Counted from the stretch's first letter, positions 8,968 to 19,592 are shown. The stretch is 64,000 nt of DNA from a virus (IMGVR_UViG_3300044695_007092:1-64000), one strand, 5' to 3'. Made by a program: numbers and translations. Notes: generated from the letters alone by a model not told the origin.

Positions 8968-9612
8968 ATGGGCGTGGAAACATTTAGAAGAAGTGCTGCT
9001 ATTAAAGCAGGAGAAATGGCTGAGGATAATGCTCGTATGGAAATACGCGTAGGTTTTGCTAAAGATAAATTAATTCCTTATACAATGCGGTTTATGAAAG
9101 AGTTATCAGAGAATCTTAAGCCTCTAGTTACACGATTAAATAAAGCACAGGGGGTAGAGCTTTCTGACTTTTTAGAAGGGGCTAGGTTAAAATCTGGAGA
9201 AGTTGTAGACCCTCATTCAATTATGAATCTGGGCGGTATTACTATATACTGTAAACCAGAGTCGTCTATAAATATATTCTGCGGGTATGTTCCAAGAGAA
9301 GAACTAATACAAGTAATGGTAGGTTTTCCACCTAGAATAGAATACCCACAAGATCTGTGGGAGGCCTGCAGTATACTATCACGTAAACCAATTCCGTATC
9401 TTAAATTAAAAGATTCAAGTTTAGCAGAACAGGTTACATTTAAGATGCTTCAGTTTTATAGGCGAAAGGACGCAGTCTCATCACATATAAATAAAGAGAT
9501 AAACGTAATAAGCATAAAAGCAGGATGGCCTCTTATATGCGGAGAAGAGTTTTACAGCTACCTATCAGCAGCTTGGGCTCTGGTAGCAGACACATCATTT
9601 GACCTACTTTAA
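8968..9612 (+). CDS. Hypothetical protein
   Basis: 214-aa ORF, GGAGG RBS. Confidence 0.65.
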   Translation: MGVETFRRSAAIKAGEMAEDNARMEIRVGFAKDKLIPYTMRFMKELSENLKPLVTRLNKAQGVELSDFLEGARLKSGEVVDPHSIMNLGGITIYCKPESSINIFCGYVPREELIQVMVGFPPRIEYPQDLWEACSILSRKPIPYLKLKDSSLAEQVTFKMLQFYRRKDAVSSHINKEINVISIKAGWPLICGEEFYSYLSAAWALVADTSFDLL

Positions 9613-9621
9613 AGGATTAAC

Positions 9622-10509
9622 ATGAAAAACTTCAAAAGTAAAGAAGACCTTATAGCGTTCATGACAACAAAAATAGCAGAGATTATTGAGAAGCATAACA
9701 ATCCAGAGAATGTAAAAGAAGAAGATGACGAAGAAAATAGAATTAAACAAACCATAAAAGAGCTTGATGAGTTCCTATCTGAGCACGTAGGAGCCATCAG
9801 GTTCTTTAATCTGCAGGTTACTCAAATTATAAAGCCTTTAATGGATGCAGTTCCTTCTCTAAAAGACGATACTACTACTAGCGACAGAGGTATCACAACT
9901 AGAAAGCTGACGCTAGACGATGTAGCTATCATCGATAGAAGCGGCATTACTCTTCCTAATATACACGGCAGTGCTAAAAAGTTTATGAGCCCTTTGAAGT
10001 TCATGAACTTCTGCCTTGGGTGTCTTGTTACCATATTTCAAGACAGTTTTTCGGCTGGTAAAGGCGTAACGGAGGACTGTGATGATAGGGAGCAAGCCGC
10101 TACAGTGTCTAGAAGCTTTCACCAATTGGTGGCAGTGGGCTGCGACGATAAAGAGATAAATATAAGAGCATTAAACCTCATAGTCATAGGGGATCCTGAA
10201 AAGGCTGCGAATCAAACAAACAAATATCTAAGTAAAGAAAAGATAGTTAATAGAGGAGACACCAAAGCCATCGTTCAGATATTGCCTATTCACGATATGA
10301 AACGTATAGCCGTGATCGCGAGGTCGCAACAATTCTTTGTAGCCGCTCTGTTTAAGTATGATAAAGATTTTGTAATTGATAAAGACGGAGATAAGGACGA
10401 AATCTTCCTAACTTCGGAAGAGTTTATGGAGTACGTCGAGTCAAGGTCCGATGCATTGTCTAAGACGTCTAATAATAAATATTCATTTCCTGGCCCTTCT
10501 TTAAATTGA
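9622..10509 (+). CDS. Hypothetical protein
   Basis: 295-aa ORF, AAGGA RBS. Confidence 0.65.
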   Translation: MKNFKSKEDLIAFMTTKIAEIIEKHNNPENVKEEDDEENRIKQTIKELDEFLSEHVGAIRFFNLQVTQIIKPLMDAVPSLKDDTTTSDRGITTRKLTLDDVAIIDRSGITLPNIHGSAKKFMSPLKFMNFCLGCLVTIFQDSFSAGKGVTEDCDDREQAATVSRSFHQLVAVGCDDKEINIRALNLIVIGDPEKAANQTNKYLSKEKIVNRGDTKAIVQILPIHDMKRIAVIARSQQFFVAALFKYDKDFVIDKDGDKDEIFLTSEEFMEYVESRSDALSKTSNNKYSFPGPSLN

Positions 10510-10510
10510 G

Positions 10511-10717
10511 GTGATTATGGTAAGGGAATATTTAGAAGCAGAATACGGTAAAGTATTGAACGAGGAAGAGTTCAATAAGAAGTACGAGGGCAAGGTAATG
10601 ATAGGAGAAGACTCTATAATGGCTTACAGCAAAGAAGGAGTTGTAAGGTGTAAGCTAAATAGGGCATCCAAGCTTTACTATGATATAAAGCCCGTGCCGA
10701 ATAGAAGTAAGAAATAG
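10511..10717 (+). CDS. Small hypothetical protein
   Basis: 68 aa, in operon. Confidence 0.55.
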   Translation: MIMVREYLEAEYGKVLNEEEFNKKYEGKVMIGEDSIMAYSKEGVVRCKLNRASKLYYDIKPVPNRSKK

Positions 10718-10850
10718 GAGGTTAATCATTTTAACATGCGAAGATATTATAAAACTAAATGAGCTCTCCAAAAAAGATGGGTTCAAAAATAACCTTGATG
10801 GTTTTTATACAAGGCAGGTAAAGCTTCTTAAAGGCAAGGGAAGCTGGGTT

Positions 10851-11093
10851 GTGGAAAAAGTTGTTCCTTTGCACGTTCTTAATAATAAAGAAGTAGATAG
10901 GTACTTTAGAATATTCTTATCCATAAGTGCCTATGGAGATAACATAGACGACCACATTAAGAGTATGAGCAGTGATCAGCTAGGCGCTGTTATCACTCTA
11001 GGGTCTTTTTCGATCGATATCGGAAAAGACGTGTATGAAACTTTCTTTGGCGAATTTGATGAAATGGAGTTTGAACGTGATCAACAAGATTAA
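10851..11093 (+). CDS. Small hypothetical protein (start uncertain)
   Basis: 80-aa acidic ORF preceding the AAA gene. Confidence 0.45.
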   Translation: MEKVVPLHVLNNKEVDRYFRIFLSISAYGDNIDDHIKSMSSDQLGAVITLGSFSIDIGKDVYETFFGEFDEMEFERDQQD

Positions 11094-11151
11094 CACACGC
11101 GGTATCAGGGCTAATGACGAAGAAAATACTATCATCACAGAAAGGATTGAT

Positions 11152-12072
11152 ATGAGCGGAGAAAGCAGCTTCTCTTATTTGAACGGCACGTCTATTCCAG
11201 AGGTAGATGCATCATATGTGATGCCACCAGACACCTCTGAGCTGTTCGAAGTTCTAAATAGAGGCAGGAAAGAGATGTCCGAGAACGTTCTGTTAGTTGG
11301 TCCAACCGGATGCGGTAAGACAGAACTGGCGAAGCAATTCGCCGCAAGGACGGGTCTTCCATTACTGAAAATGGATTGTGCCAATGTGACCGAGGCGTCG
11401 CAATGGTTCGGTCGATTAGACATGAAGAACTCTTCGTTGGAGTATCTCGAAGCCCCATTCTCTAGAGTCGTAGCAAGGGGTAACCATGTTATCCTCTTGG
11501 ACGAGATAAACCGCGCCTCTCCCGAGGTGCTAAATGTTCTTCTTCCGCTTCTTGACACCACTAGAAGCTCATTTGTTCAGGAGCGAAAGCCAAGTCCAAT
11601 TCTCCGCGATGGGGGCGGCCTTATCTGGTTCGCAACTATGAACGAAGGCTCCCAGTATACTGGGACCATGAGGTTAGACCGTGCTCTTCGTGGCAGGTTC
11701 TCTAATGTAGTGGAATTGACTTATCTGTCAAAGCCAGACGAGGTAAACCTACTTGTTCAGAGAACTGGAATAGATGTAGAGAATGCAACCAAGCTTGTAG
11801 AAATTGCGGACACTATCCGCCTAAAAGCTAAGGGCATTAATAGTATCTACACTCACGTTCTCTCTACTCGAGAGTTGCTTAATGCAGCTAAGAAGTTCGT
11901 AATGGGCGGAATCAAGACTCTAAGGTTCACTGTGTTGAATCACTTCGACGGAAGCAACGGTGCAGACTCCGAACGAGGTCATGTGTTAAAAATGCTTGAA
12001 GGTAAGCTGGGTAATATTGACGGAAAGGCTGAGAAGCCAAAGTCCGCTAGCGATATGATCGCTGGCTCCTAG
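11152..12072 (+). CDS. MoxR-family AAA+ ATPase (CbbQ/NirQ/NorQ/CobS-like)
   Basis: Walker A GPTGCGKT, Walker B ILLDEINRA, FATMN, LDRALRGRF, LSTREL. Start placed at ATG 11152 after AGAAAGGA. Confidence 0.9.
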   Translation: MSGESSFSYLNGTSIPEVDASYVMPPDTSELFEVLNRGRKEMSENVLLVGPTGCGKTELAKQFAARTGLPLLKMDCANVTEASQWFGRLDMKNSSLEYLEAPFSRVVARGNHVILLDEINRASPEVLNVLLPLLDTTRSSFVQERKPSPILRDGGGLIWFATMNEGSQYTGTMRLDRALRGRFSNVVELTYLSKPDEVNLLVQRTGIDVENATKLVEIADTIRLKAKGINSIYTHVLSTRELLNAAKKFVMGGIKTLRFTVLNHFDGSNGADSERGHVLKMLEGKLGNIDGKAEKPKSASDMIAGS

Positions 12073-12085
12073 TTTAATGTTCTTT

Positions 12086-12117
12086 GGCGGCAGGGGTAGC
12101 TCTGCCGCCTACTTTTT
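12086..12117 (+). terminator. Hairpin/terminator between the AAA and vWA genes
   Basis: ggcggcagg-ggtagc-tctgccgcc, then tacttttt. Confidence 0.55.
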
Positions 12118-12128
12118 AAGGGGCTAAG

Positions 12129-14189
12129 ATGTCATCAGAGTCATCAGGATTTAATAGATGGTTTTCAAAACCAATATACGAAGTCGAGAATAATAAGACG
12201 TACTGGAACTCCTGGTCTAAATGGAGTTACCTAGACGATGGTATGGATGATTGGGGAATTGTAGATAAAGAAGGCGATAAGATAAAAGACAAGAACTCAG
12301 ATAAGAGATTATGCGAAGAGGCTCTAAGGGCTATCAGCAGATCGGCAAACGTTATCCTTAACTCCACAGAGTCACAGGAAAAGCGTCTTACTATTAAGTT
12401 CTCTGACGGTAGTGACGTCAATACGCCAGACTCTACAAATATATATTTATCTCCTGATAAGTTGGTATCCTGCAGTACTAGAGAAGAAAAAGATGAGGTA
12501 ATAGACAGTATGTCAGGGCAGTCAATGCTTACAGCTCAGCTAAAGAGGCAGATTCCTGTTGACGTGTATGATCTGTTCTCTGCGTCTGAAGACCGAGAGA
12601 TTAGGGCTCTATGGAGCGCCATCGAGACTGCCATAGCCAGAGGAGATATTATTTCTGACTGGTCAGGCTTCAAACCTTACTTTGACATTTATGCAAAGTT
12701 CTCTTCTAAGGTTACAAGCACTGTCATAAAAAGGCAGCTAAGTAAGCATAACGGATCCAGCCCAGAAAAACCTACTAGCGCCTCCGCTCTAGTTATGGGT
12801 CTCGCGTGGAATCTGTATCATTCCCATGATCCAGTTAAAATTCCAGAAGTATACAAAGATGGAAAGATGCTTATAGCAAACGCTCTAAAAGATGCAGATA
12901 CTTGCGAAAAGCGCTGGAATATGTGTTCAGAGGTAGTAACGGCGCTTAGATCAATGTACGATGCGCCCACTCCTCCAGAAGCTTCTACTCCACCGCCTCC
13001 AGGTAATCCTTACGGCGGAGATCTCGAAGAGATAGATACAACAGAGCTAATTGCCGGGCTTCAAGATATAGAAGACCAAGCAAACCCTGCTGCCCCTAAA
13101 AAGGTAGTAAGAAAAAAAGGCTTTGATAAGTTCACAGGAGTGGACGAAGCTTTATTCGGTGTCGGTGCCGTAGATAATAAAAAATGTAAGGCTGCTGCCG
13201 ATATCGAAGGTATCAGCGGCGACTCTACTACTGAGCTTAGTGACTCCGTAAGCGCACCAATGGTCCCTGGCGGTTCTGCTAGAACTACAGGAAGATCCGT
13301 AAGTAGAGGTGTGGCTTGCTGGGTAGATAAAGACTTACCTAGTAAGATGACAAAAGCTCATTACACAAAAGACAAGATCAGTGAACTTGATAAAATAGCC
13401 GAAGCTATTAAAGACAGCTTTGGGTTTACTGATAAGGTTGCTAAAAGAAAATTATACGGGCTTAAAGCAGGAAATCTTAGAATTGAATCGCTATACAAGC
13501 TAGAGATGGGGTCAGACGACGTCTTCTTTAAGAAGACTGAAGTAGACGTCGACAAGGTTTCCGTGTGCCTACTTATAGATCAGTCAGGCAGCATGAGCTG
13601 CGCTAGCGAATCAGGCGTAGAGAGAGTTATAGAAGCATCCGAAGTAGCGTACGTCCTAGCTAAGCTATGCAGGGATATTAAACATATTGACCTTTCAGTA
13701 ATAGGTTTCTCTGCGCAGGAGAGTTGTAAGGAAGCACGTGAGAAACTTAAAGGAGAGGATATTAACTCCGAAGTTAATATGCGTCTGATCTATGACTCCA
13801 TGGACGGTGCTCACAATAAAATAGAGGATATTTGCAATATCCGGTCTCACGCAAATAATCTTGACGGCTTTAGTCTATGGTTTGCAGCCAAACATATGGC
13901 GGAGACTAGAGCTGAGAGAAAGAGAAAGGTCTTGATCGTTGTTTCTGACGGATCCCCTAATGGTAGAGGATACGGCGGAGAAGAGGCAACCAAACATGTA
14001 GCTACATGCAGAAAGGATGCTAAATTTAGATTTGGAATTGATACCTTCGCTATAGGCATATCAAGTGCCTACTCACAGCGAGAGGGAGATGACATGTACG
14101 GCACCGGCAACAACATCGTTATTAGCGATGTAAAATCCAGTGTCGGTTATCTCTCTCGATTCTTAAATCAGGTATCACAGATAGCCTAA
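12129..14189 (+). CDS. vWA-domain partner protein (CobT/NorD-like)
   Basis: MIDAS DQSGSM, VIGFS, NLDG and VLIVVSDGSP motifs. Adjacent to the MoxR ATPase. Confidence 0.85.
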   Translation: MSSESSGFNRWFSKPIYEVENNKTYWNSWSKWSYLDDGMDDWGIVDKEGDKIKDKNSDKRLCEEALRAISRSANVILNSTESQEKRLTIKFSDGSDVNTPDSTNIYLSPDKLVSCSTREEKDEVIDSMSGQSMLTAQLKRQIPVDVYDLFSASEDREIRALWSAIETAIARGDIISDWSGFKPYFDIYAKFSSKVTSTVIKRQLSKHNGSSPEKPTSASALVMGLAWNLYHSHDPVKIPEVYKDGKMLIANALKDADTCEKRWNMCSEVVTALRSMYDAPTPPEASTPPPPGNPYGGDLEEIDTTELIAGLQDIEDQANPAAPKKVVRKKGFDKFTGVDEALFGVGAVDNKKCKAAADIEGISGDSTTELSDSVSAPMVPGGSARTTGRSVSRGVACWVDKDLPSKMTKAHYTKDKISELDKIAEAIKDSFGFTDKVAKRKLYGLKAGNLRIESLYKLEMGSDDVFFKKTEVDVDKVSVCLLIDQSGSMSCASESGVERVIEASEVAYVLAKLCRDIKHIDLSVIGFSAQESCKEAREKLKGEDINSEVNMRLIYDSMDGAHNKIEDICNIRSHANNLDGFSLWFAAKHMAETRAERKRKVLIVVSDGSPNGRGYGGEEATKHVATCRKDAKFRFGIDTFAIGISSAYSQREGDDMYGTGNNIVISDVKSSVGYLSRFLNQVSQIA

Positions 14190-15304
14190 AGGTAGTCTTC
14201 GACCTTAATAGCGTTGTAAGACGCTTGCTTGTAGGCGGTCTTTACACCAAGGCTGTCTACAAGTGTGTCGAAAAGATTAGCATCGCCTCTTGGCAAGGTT
14301 GCTAGTTCTTCAGCTAGCTTCTCTGCGTCTACAAATAAGCCGCCGCTGGAAACTCGGTCTGCGAAATCATTTCCAAACAAGTCTTTGATTTCGTCAAGTT
14401 TGATGCTTTCCAGCTCGGCCTTTTTATATACAGAACCACTAGTAAGTTGTACGTGGTCGTTAATTATATCACTGGCTTCTTTGACTGTAATCGTGTAAAG
14501 GTCGTTTACAGACCCAAGCGATTTAAACTTATATTGAGCGTCTACGGCGCTTATAATAGATGCAGCCTTATCAACTGTATCTGTTGAATTGCTACTAAGT
14601 ACACGTTGTGCTGTCTTTACAAGCATAGACTGGATATCAGGATCTTTTTTCAAGGTCTTAAGGGCTTTAGCCCTATCAAAAAGCATGTTTGCAACTTTAG
14701 TTCTAGAGACCATACCGTTTGCGGCATACTTCGTAATTTCAGTCTCATTAGAAAGAGCTACTCCAAACTCTGCTGCCTTATCTATGATCTTGTTTGCAAT
14801 AGTCTTTCGGTCGGTAAAATTAAGATCATTAGCGTATTTGTTCATCCAGTCTGCAGCCGCCTTTACTTCCATGGCGTTGCGAATAGGATAGGTTCTAGTC
14901 TTATGTCCTGTTTCAAACTTTACTACGATAGCGAAGTCATCATCGCTAAGGTCTTCTTCTGAATGCTTTTGCATAGAGGCGTGTTTTTCTACAAGCTGTT
15001 CTAGCTCTGGCCTGACTCCAAAGAAGTCTCCGGCCTTTAGGATTCTGTCCTTAATTACAGAAGCGACCTTGCCAAACTCATTTGCTTGGTCTAAAAAGTA
15101 AGCCATAGACATATAAGTTGAGGATGGGGTATGGCATGGAAACTTCAAAGTTCTTGGGTCAGCATAGGCTGATGATGGTAACGAGGACTCCGAGCCTACT
15201 AAATCTTCATGTGAAGCAGACTTTACGAATTCTGGGATATCGTAGAGTTTTGTAAAACTGTGTAGTTTAACCCCAGCTTTGTCATTAACCTGGTCAATAA
15301 TCAT
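14186..15304 (-). CDS. Putative head/scaffold-associated protein with two DUF6582-like repeats
   Basis: Internal repeats LPSSAYAD..KFPCHT and LSDDDFA..TYPIRN, plus about 14 K-x-A motifs. Start placed at ATG 15304 (GGAG RBS on the - strand). Confidence 0.55.
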   Translation of the reverse strand: MIIDQVNDKAGVKLHSFTKLYDIPEFVKSASHEDLVGSESSLPSSAYADPRTLKFPCHTPSSTYMSMAYFLDQANEFGKVASVIKDRILKAGDFFGVRPELEQLVEKHASMQKHSEEDLSDDDFAIVVKFETGHKTRTYPIRNAMEVKAAADWMNKYANDLNFTDRKTIANKIIDKAAEFGVALSNETEITKYAANGMVSRTKVANMLFDRAKALKTLKKDPDIQSMLVKTAQRVLSSNSTDTVDKAASIISAVDAQYKFKSLGSVNDLYTITVKEASDIINDHVQLTSGSVYKKAELESIKLDEIKDLFGNDFADRVSSGGLFVDAEKLAEELATLPRGDANLFDTLVDSLGVKTAYKQASYNAIKVEDYL

Positions 15305-17786
15305 GTCATCTACTCCAATAATGGTGCTTAACAGCAAGGTTCAATGGAACACGGTACTTGATCTGGCTAATGTCACGCCTGATTCAAACTTCCTTCCATG
15401 CAATTGCACGTGCCCTAATTGTAGCAATAATCTTACCATATATAAAGACATTACATCAACATCGACACAGTGGTTTTACTGTAAATCGTGTGAGCTGACC
15501 GGTGACACCATAGAACTACTGGCAGCATATATGAAATTAGGGCTTATGGATACGATTAATTTCCTGGTTTCCAGGGAAATTATAAGTAATGACCATGAAG
15601 ATTACCCAAAATGGGTAGCCCACTACCTGTATAGACAGGTGGGGTATAGGAATAAGGTATTATCGTTTTGGAGAAAAATAAAGGGCTGCGAGGAGCGGAT
15701 AGTAAAAGAACACATGGATATACTTTCTATTCTAAATATAAACGGTGGGCATGCCGACATAGAACCTGTTAGAAACATCTTTGGGTTTAGCAATAAGTTA
15801 GAAGTCCTAAAAAACTTAATAGTAGGTAATTCTACTGCCAGCGTAGACGGTGGGTCTAATAGGGTATTTGTAGGCAAAGCTTGGAAAAATGTTTGTTTGA
15901 TTCCATCGTTCGACATGCCAGGTAGAATAAAGTCATTTCTAATCTTTGGTAATATAGAGGCCGGAAGCGTATCGGTCATAATAAGACACATAGCCTATAA
16001 GACTTGGAACCAGTTTGATAAAGAGCCTGGGCTTCTGTTCTTGGAAGAAGCAGTTAAATACGACGATAGGTCAAAGATAGTAGTAACTGACACAGTTCAG
16101 GGGCTCAATATCATAGTAGACTATCTAGACAAGTACAAAAAGTTTCCACCTATATTAGTAACCACACCAGACAAAGATAAAATAACTAAAGCGTGGAAGA
16201 CTATTGTAGAAGAAGGTAAAGACGTAATAGTTTCAGGCCAAAGAGCTGTTGAAATTGTGTCTTTAGGCTCAGATGCTTATATAAGCGAATTTTCTGATGT
16301 GTGGGATAGCCCGTGGGTAGGTTCAAGTAAATGGATACTAAAAACTATAGAGAACAAGAAAAAACAAACGTTAGTGGAGACGTCTCCAAAATTGGATACA
16401 AGAAAGCGAGTTATATTTGATAAAAGAGTTTACGAGGAAAAGAAAGAAGGCACAACTAAAAACGACTCTATAGTCATGGATGCTATTCTTAAAATAGATG
16501 AAATATCATTAGAGCGCTCAATTAGATATTACACAGGGACACTAACAGCTGCCTCCAGTGGTATTTCTGTTAAGTTTAAAGAGAAGGCAAGAAAGCTTGA
16601 CCGTAGGTTTTGTACTTGGCTTGGAGAGATAAGTACAGAAAAAAATATGGGGCATATAATGTGCAAGCAAGGCTTTTCTCAAGTAGCTGTAAAAGTAGCT
16701 GTATTACTTAATCCTCCCAAGTCCGTAGTTTATAATAATCCGATCGAAAATCCAGACTATCCATTATATAAGTTTTCAAAATATAAAATAACAAAGAATG
16801 GAGAAGTAATAAATGTTGTAAATCCTGTTAAAGGAAGAGATGGAGAACTGTGCAGCGATGAGAGGATTGACATATTTGAAAAGGATGTACTAGGCGACGA
16901 AAACAATGGATTTGCGTGGGCAGTTATAGTTAGCTGCATTTCTAATCTTATGTCAAAGGTAACAAATAAGCCTAGGGTAGGCGTAGGTGTAGAGCCTGAA
17001 TACTTTGATGATGCTAGAAAAGTAGCACTTCTGCTAGGCTCGTACGAGATTAGGTTTGGATCAGGTAATATTAAAATGCCTGTTATAAGCAAAGTAATAG
17101 AGAACGAGTCCAGACTAAACCTCCCAGTCTTGTTGATTCCGTGCAGGCATTACGCTTCAATACATAAGTACGAGATAGAGCAAGCTCCTGGTAATAGGAA
17201 CTGCATAATAAAAATGAATGAGATGTCACTGTACGGAGCCCGAACAATAACAAGATGGGCTTATATAAGGGGCAATACGGCTCACGTATTAACTAACTTA
17301 CTTGAGTCTGCTTGTAAGAAAATAAGCATAAATTTTCTTACATGGTTAATAAAGTCTAATTACAAGCCTGAAGGCGCTGATAGTATAAAAAAGGCTATAG
17401 ATGCGCTGTCAGAGTGGTGTAGGCAAAGTGGAATAACGCTAGATGGCCTACATAAAGGAATTAACCTTATAGACCATGACCTTGATAAGACAGATGACAG
17501 GTCTAAGGCTGACGCATTTAAAACACTTATGGGTAGGTTTATGAATATGGACGGGTTTGTAAGTAATGGAAAAAACGCATGTAAAAAAGAGGTAACCTGG
17601 ATAGCGTGTAGAGACTTCTACAATATGTGTAAAAAAGGTCTAATACCTATTACCGACAGGGGTACATTAGCCAAAGCGCTGTTAGATACAAAAACAATTA
17701 AAAGCTATGAGATATATAAAGCAAACGGAAAACCAAGCTGGATGATAGCTAATTCCGAACTAGAGGCTTGGGAAAACAAAATATAA
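15279..17786 (+). CDS. Large primase-like Zn-finger protein (degenerate DnaG-like); start probably 15321
   Basis: CPNC..WFYCKSC..GDTIELL resembles a CHC2-type zinc ribbon. CLIPSFDMPGRIKSF resembles the DnaG catalytic N-domain. No clear TOPRIM EG/DxD. Confidence 0.55.
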   Translation: MSLTWSIIMSSTPIMVLNSKVQWNTVLDLANVTPDSNFLPCNCTCPNCSNNLTIYKDITSTSTQWFYCKSCELTGDTIELLAAYMKLGLMDTINFLVSREIISNDHEDYPKWVAHYLYRQVGYRNKVLSFWRKIKGCEERIVKEHMDILSILNINGGHADIEPVRNIFGFSNKLEVLKNLIVGNSTASVDGGSNRVFVGKAWKNVCLIPSFDMPGRIKSFLIFGNIEAGSVSVIIRHIAYKTWNQFDKEPGLLFLEEAVKYDDRSKIVVTDTVQGLNIIVDYLDKYKKFPPILVTTPDKDKITKAWKTIVEEGKDVIVSGQRAVEIVSLGSDAYISEFSDVWDSPWVGSSKWILKTIENKKKQTLVETSPKLDTRKRVIFDKRVYEEKKEGTTKNDSIVMDAILKIDEISLERSIRYYTGTLTAASSGISVKFKEKARKLDRRFCTWLGEISTEKNMGHIMCKQGFSQVAVKVAVLLNPPKSVVYNNPIENPDYPLYKFSKYKITKNGEVINVVNPVKGRDGELCSDERIDIFEKDVLGDENNGFAWAVIVSCISNLMSKVTNKPRVGVGVEPEYFDDARKVALLLGSYEIRFGSGNIKMPVISKVIENESRLNLPVLLIPCRHYASIHKYEIEQAPGNRNCIIKMNEMSLYGARTITRWAYIRGNTAHVLTNLLESACKKISINFLTWLIKSNYKPEGADSIKKAIDALSEWCRQSGITLDGLHKGINLIDHDLDKTDDRSKADAFKTLMGRFMNMDGFVSNGKNACKKEVTWIACRDFYNMCKKGLIPITDRGTLAKALLDTKTIKSYEIYKANGKPSWMIANSELEAWENKI

Positions 17787-19589
17787 CTAAGCGTTCCAGC
17801 CTTCTAAACCAGCCTCCTGGGCTTGCTCTCTTGTAATAGAGTACCGCTCAGTTTTAAACTCAGGCCATGCACCTGTCATGTGCCACAGGCAAAGTGCTCC
17901 GATATTTACGGACTGGGCAAAGTCGTCAGAAAGAGCTGGGTTTCTTTGTATAGTGTAAATGTCTGAGCCTGAGGCTGTTGTTGCCTTATTTTCTACTAAG
18001 GCTAAAAAATCTTGGATAAGGCCTGGATCCTCTGAGCTAACGTAGTCGTAGGCAAAGAATCTTATCTTTTTAGTTCTAATCGCCATGCATGTGGATAAAA
18101 GACTTCTGGTCTTATCTGCTCTGTAGTGCGCCCTTGGATTAGTAGGCGAAGCAGGAACATAAGTGAACATAGCCTTACTGGCTGCCCTTACGTACTGCAC
18201 TGGTAATAGGTATTTTAATGATACGCCGGATTGAACAAGGACAGTTTCCCTTATTGATCCTGCTCCGGAGTAGTCATGAGTTATAAACTCACACTTGTAC
18301 ATTCTGTAGATCTTAAGGCATTCTGCGGCCTCGGCCATATGGTCATGCGGAGTTAGAAGTCTCTTAGACCACACCACCTCGATATTACCTGTAGCGGTAA
18401 TACCCATAACTGCTAGAACAGTTAGGCTTACGCCTTTTTCTCCGCCACCACCCCAGTCCACTGCCAGTACCCTATGGGTGTACCTTCTGAGTATTTCGTC
18501 TGTACAATTTTTAGACGGATTACGGGGGTCGTTCTTAAGATCAGGATTAGAGGCGGCCTGAAGCTCTAGAAGAGATACAAGCTGAAGACCGCTACCTGAA
18601 CTTTCTCCTAATACTTCATTGAGAAACCTTTCATGTGTATAATTACCCATTCCTTCCTTCTTTGCATTCAGCTCTGCCCACTTATCTCTGCGGGCATAAT
18701 GAATATGCATAATTGGTTGAGGTATATGATAACCGGCATAGTTAAATCTTCTTTCAGGATGCTTATGTATCCATCTTCCATTTGACGGATGTATTACTCT
18801 ATCACACTTTGCGCATACTGTTCCTGGATTATTTTCTGTAATGTCGTCTCTTATCGGCCCTATCATTCTAATTAAATCATGAGATACACAGGAGATGTTC
18901 ATGTAGTTGCAGGCTTCGCAAGTAATGGCCCACTCTGCCTGTGAAGAAGACAACCACTCACGCTCAATAGTATTATCAAGAGTTTTTGGAGTACCTGCTA
19001 TCTTCATGGTGCCCCACTCACTGGCGGACATTGTCTCACGAATAACCGGAATGTGATCACCATCCATATCCTGTACTTCGTCTATAACAACTTGATCCGC
19101 CCGTATACCACGAACCCTGTCAGCGTCCAATAGGGCAAAAGAAAACTGCATCATGCTGTTGTTTCGAAAGCTTCGCTGCAAAACGCTGTTTTCTGTCTCG
19201 GGTCCGATCAATAAGGATTTGATTGGGGACTGCTCTATGAAAGGTCTTATGTAGTTGCTAGATAAACGCCTAACCTGTTCAAAGAGAGGAGTTATGTACA
19301 GGTTGCGAAAATAAGGTATCGTAGCACAGGTGATAACACCGTGCGCCGATATAACAGTGCTTTTTCCTACTTGACGCCCAGTCTTAAGGACTGTCCTTCT
19401 GGGCATGTGTATATTAAATAGAGGTTCAAACTGATAATGCTTTGCAAGCCCATAAGGCTTGCCATCGAGGTTAAGGATAGTTGGCAGGAGTGGAGAAAGG
19501 TTAGGCAACTTACCTTTCTTAAGTTTTAGAATAACCTCAGAAACAAGTTCCTGGTCTTTAGCATCAGTTTGAATATTATTGGAGTTCAT
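17787..19589 (-). CDS. terL: Terminase large subunit (GpA-like)
   Basis: GRQVGKST Walker A, RVRGIRADQVVIDEVQD Walker B, GTPKT, two CxxC pairs, NEVLGE, nuclease AVDWGGG and DDFAQS. Confidence 0.9.
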   Translation of the reverse strand: MNSNNIQTDAKDQELVSEVILKLKKGKLPNLSPLLPTILNLDGKPYGLAKHYQFEPLFNIHMPRRTVLKTGRQVGKSTVISAHGVITCATIPYFRNLYITPLFEQVRRLSSNYIRPFIEQSPIKSLLIGPETENSVLQRSFRNNSMMQFSFALLDADRVRGIRADQVVIDEVQDMDGDHIPVIRETMSASEWGTMKIAGTPKTLDNTIEREWLSSSQAEWAITCEACNYMNISCVSHDLIRMIGPIRDDITENNPGTVCAKCDRVIHPSNGRWIHKHPERRFNYAGYHIPQPIMHIHYARRDKWAELNAKKEGMGNYTHERFLNEVLGESSGSGLQLVSLLELQAASNPDLKNDPRNPSKNCTDEILRRYTHRVLAVDWGGGGEKGVSLTVLAVMGITATGNIEVVWSKRLLTPHDHMAEAAECLKIYRMYKCEFITHDYSGAGSIRETVLVQSGVSLKYLLPVQYVRAASKAMFTYVPASPTNPRAHYRADKTRSLLSTCMAIRTKKIRFFAYDYVSSEDPGLIQDFLALVENKATTASGSDIYTIQRNPALSDDFAQSVNIGALCLWHMTGAWPEFKTERYSITREQAQEAGLEGWNA

Positions 19590-19592
19590 AAA

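Noticed and set aside
11152-14189. Cobalamin cobaltochelatase (cobS/cobT) as an auxiliary metabolic function
   Set aside because: No cobN or other cob genes are present in the window. A generic MoxR/vWA pair is the supportable call.
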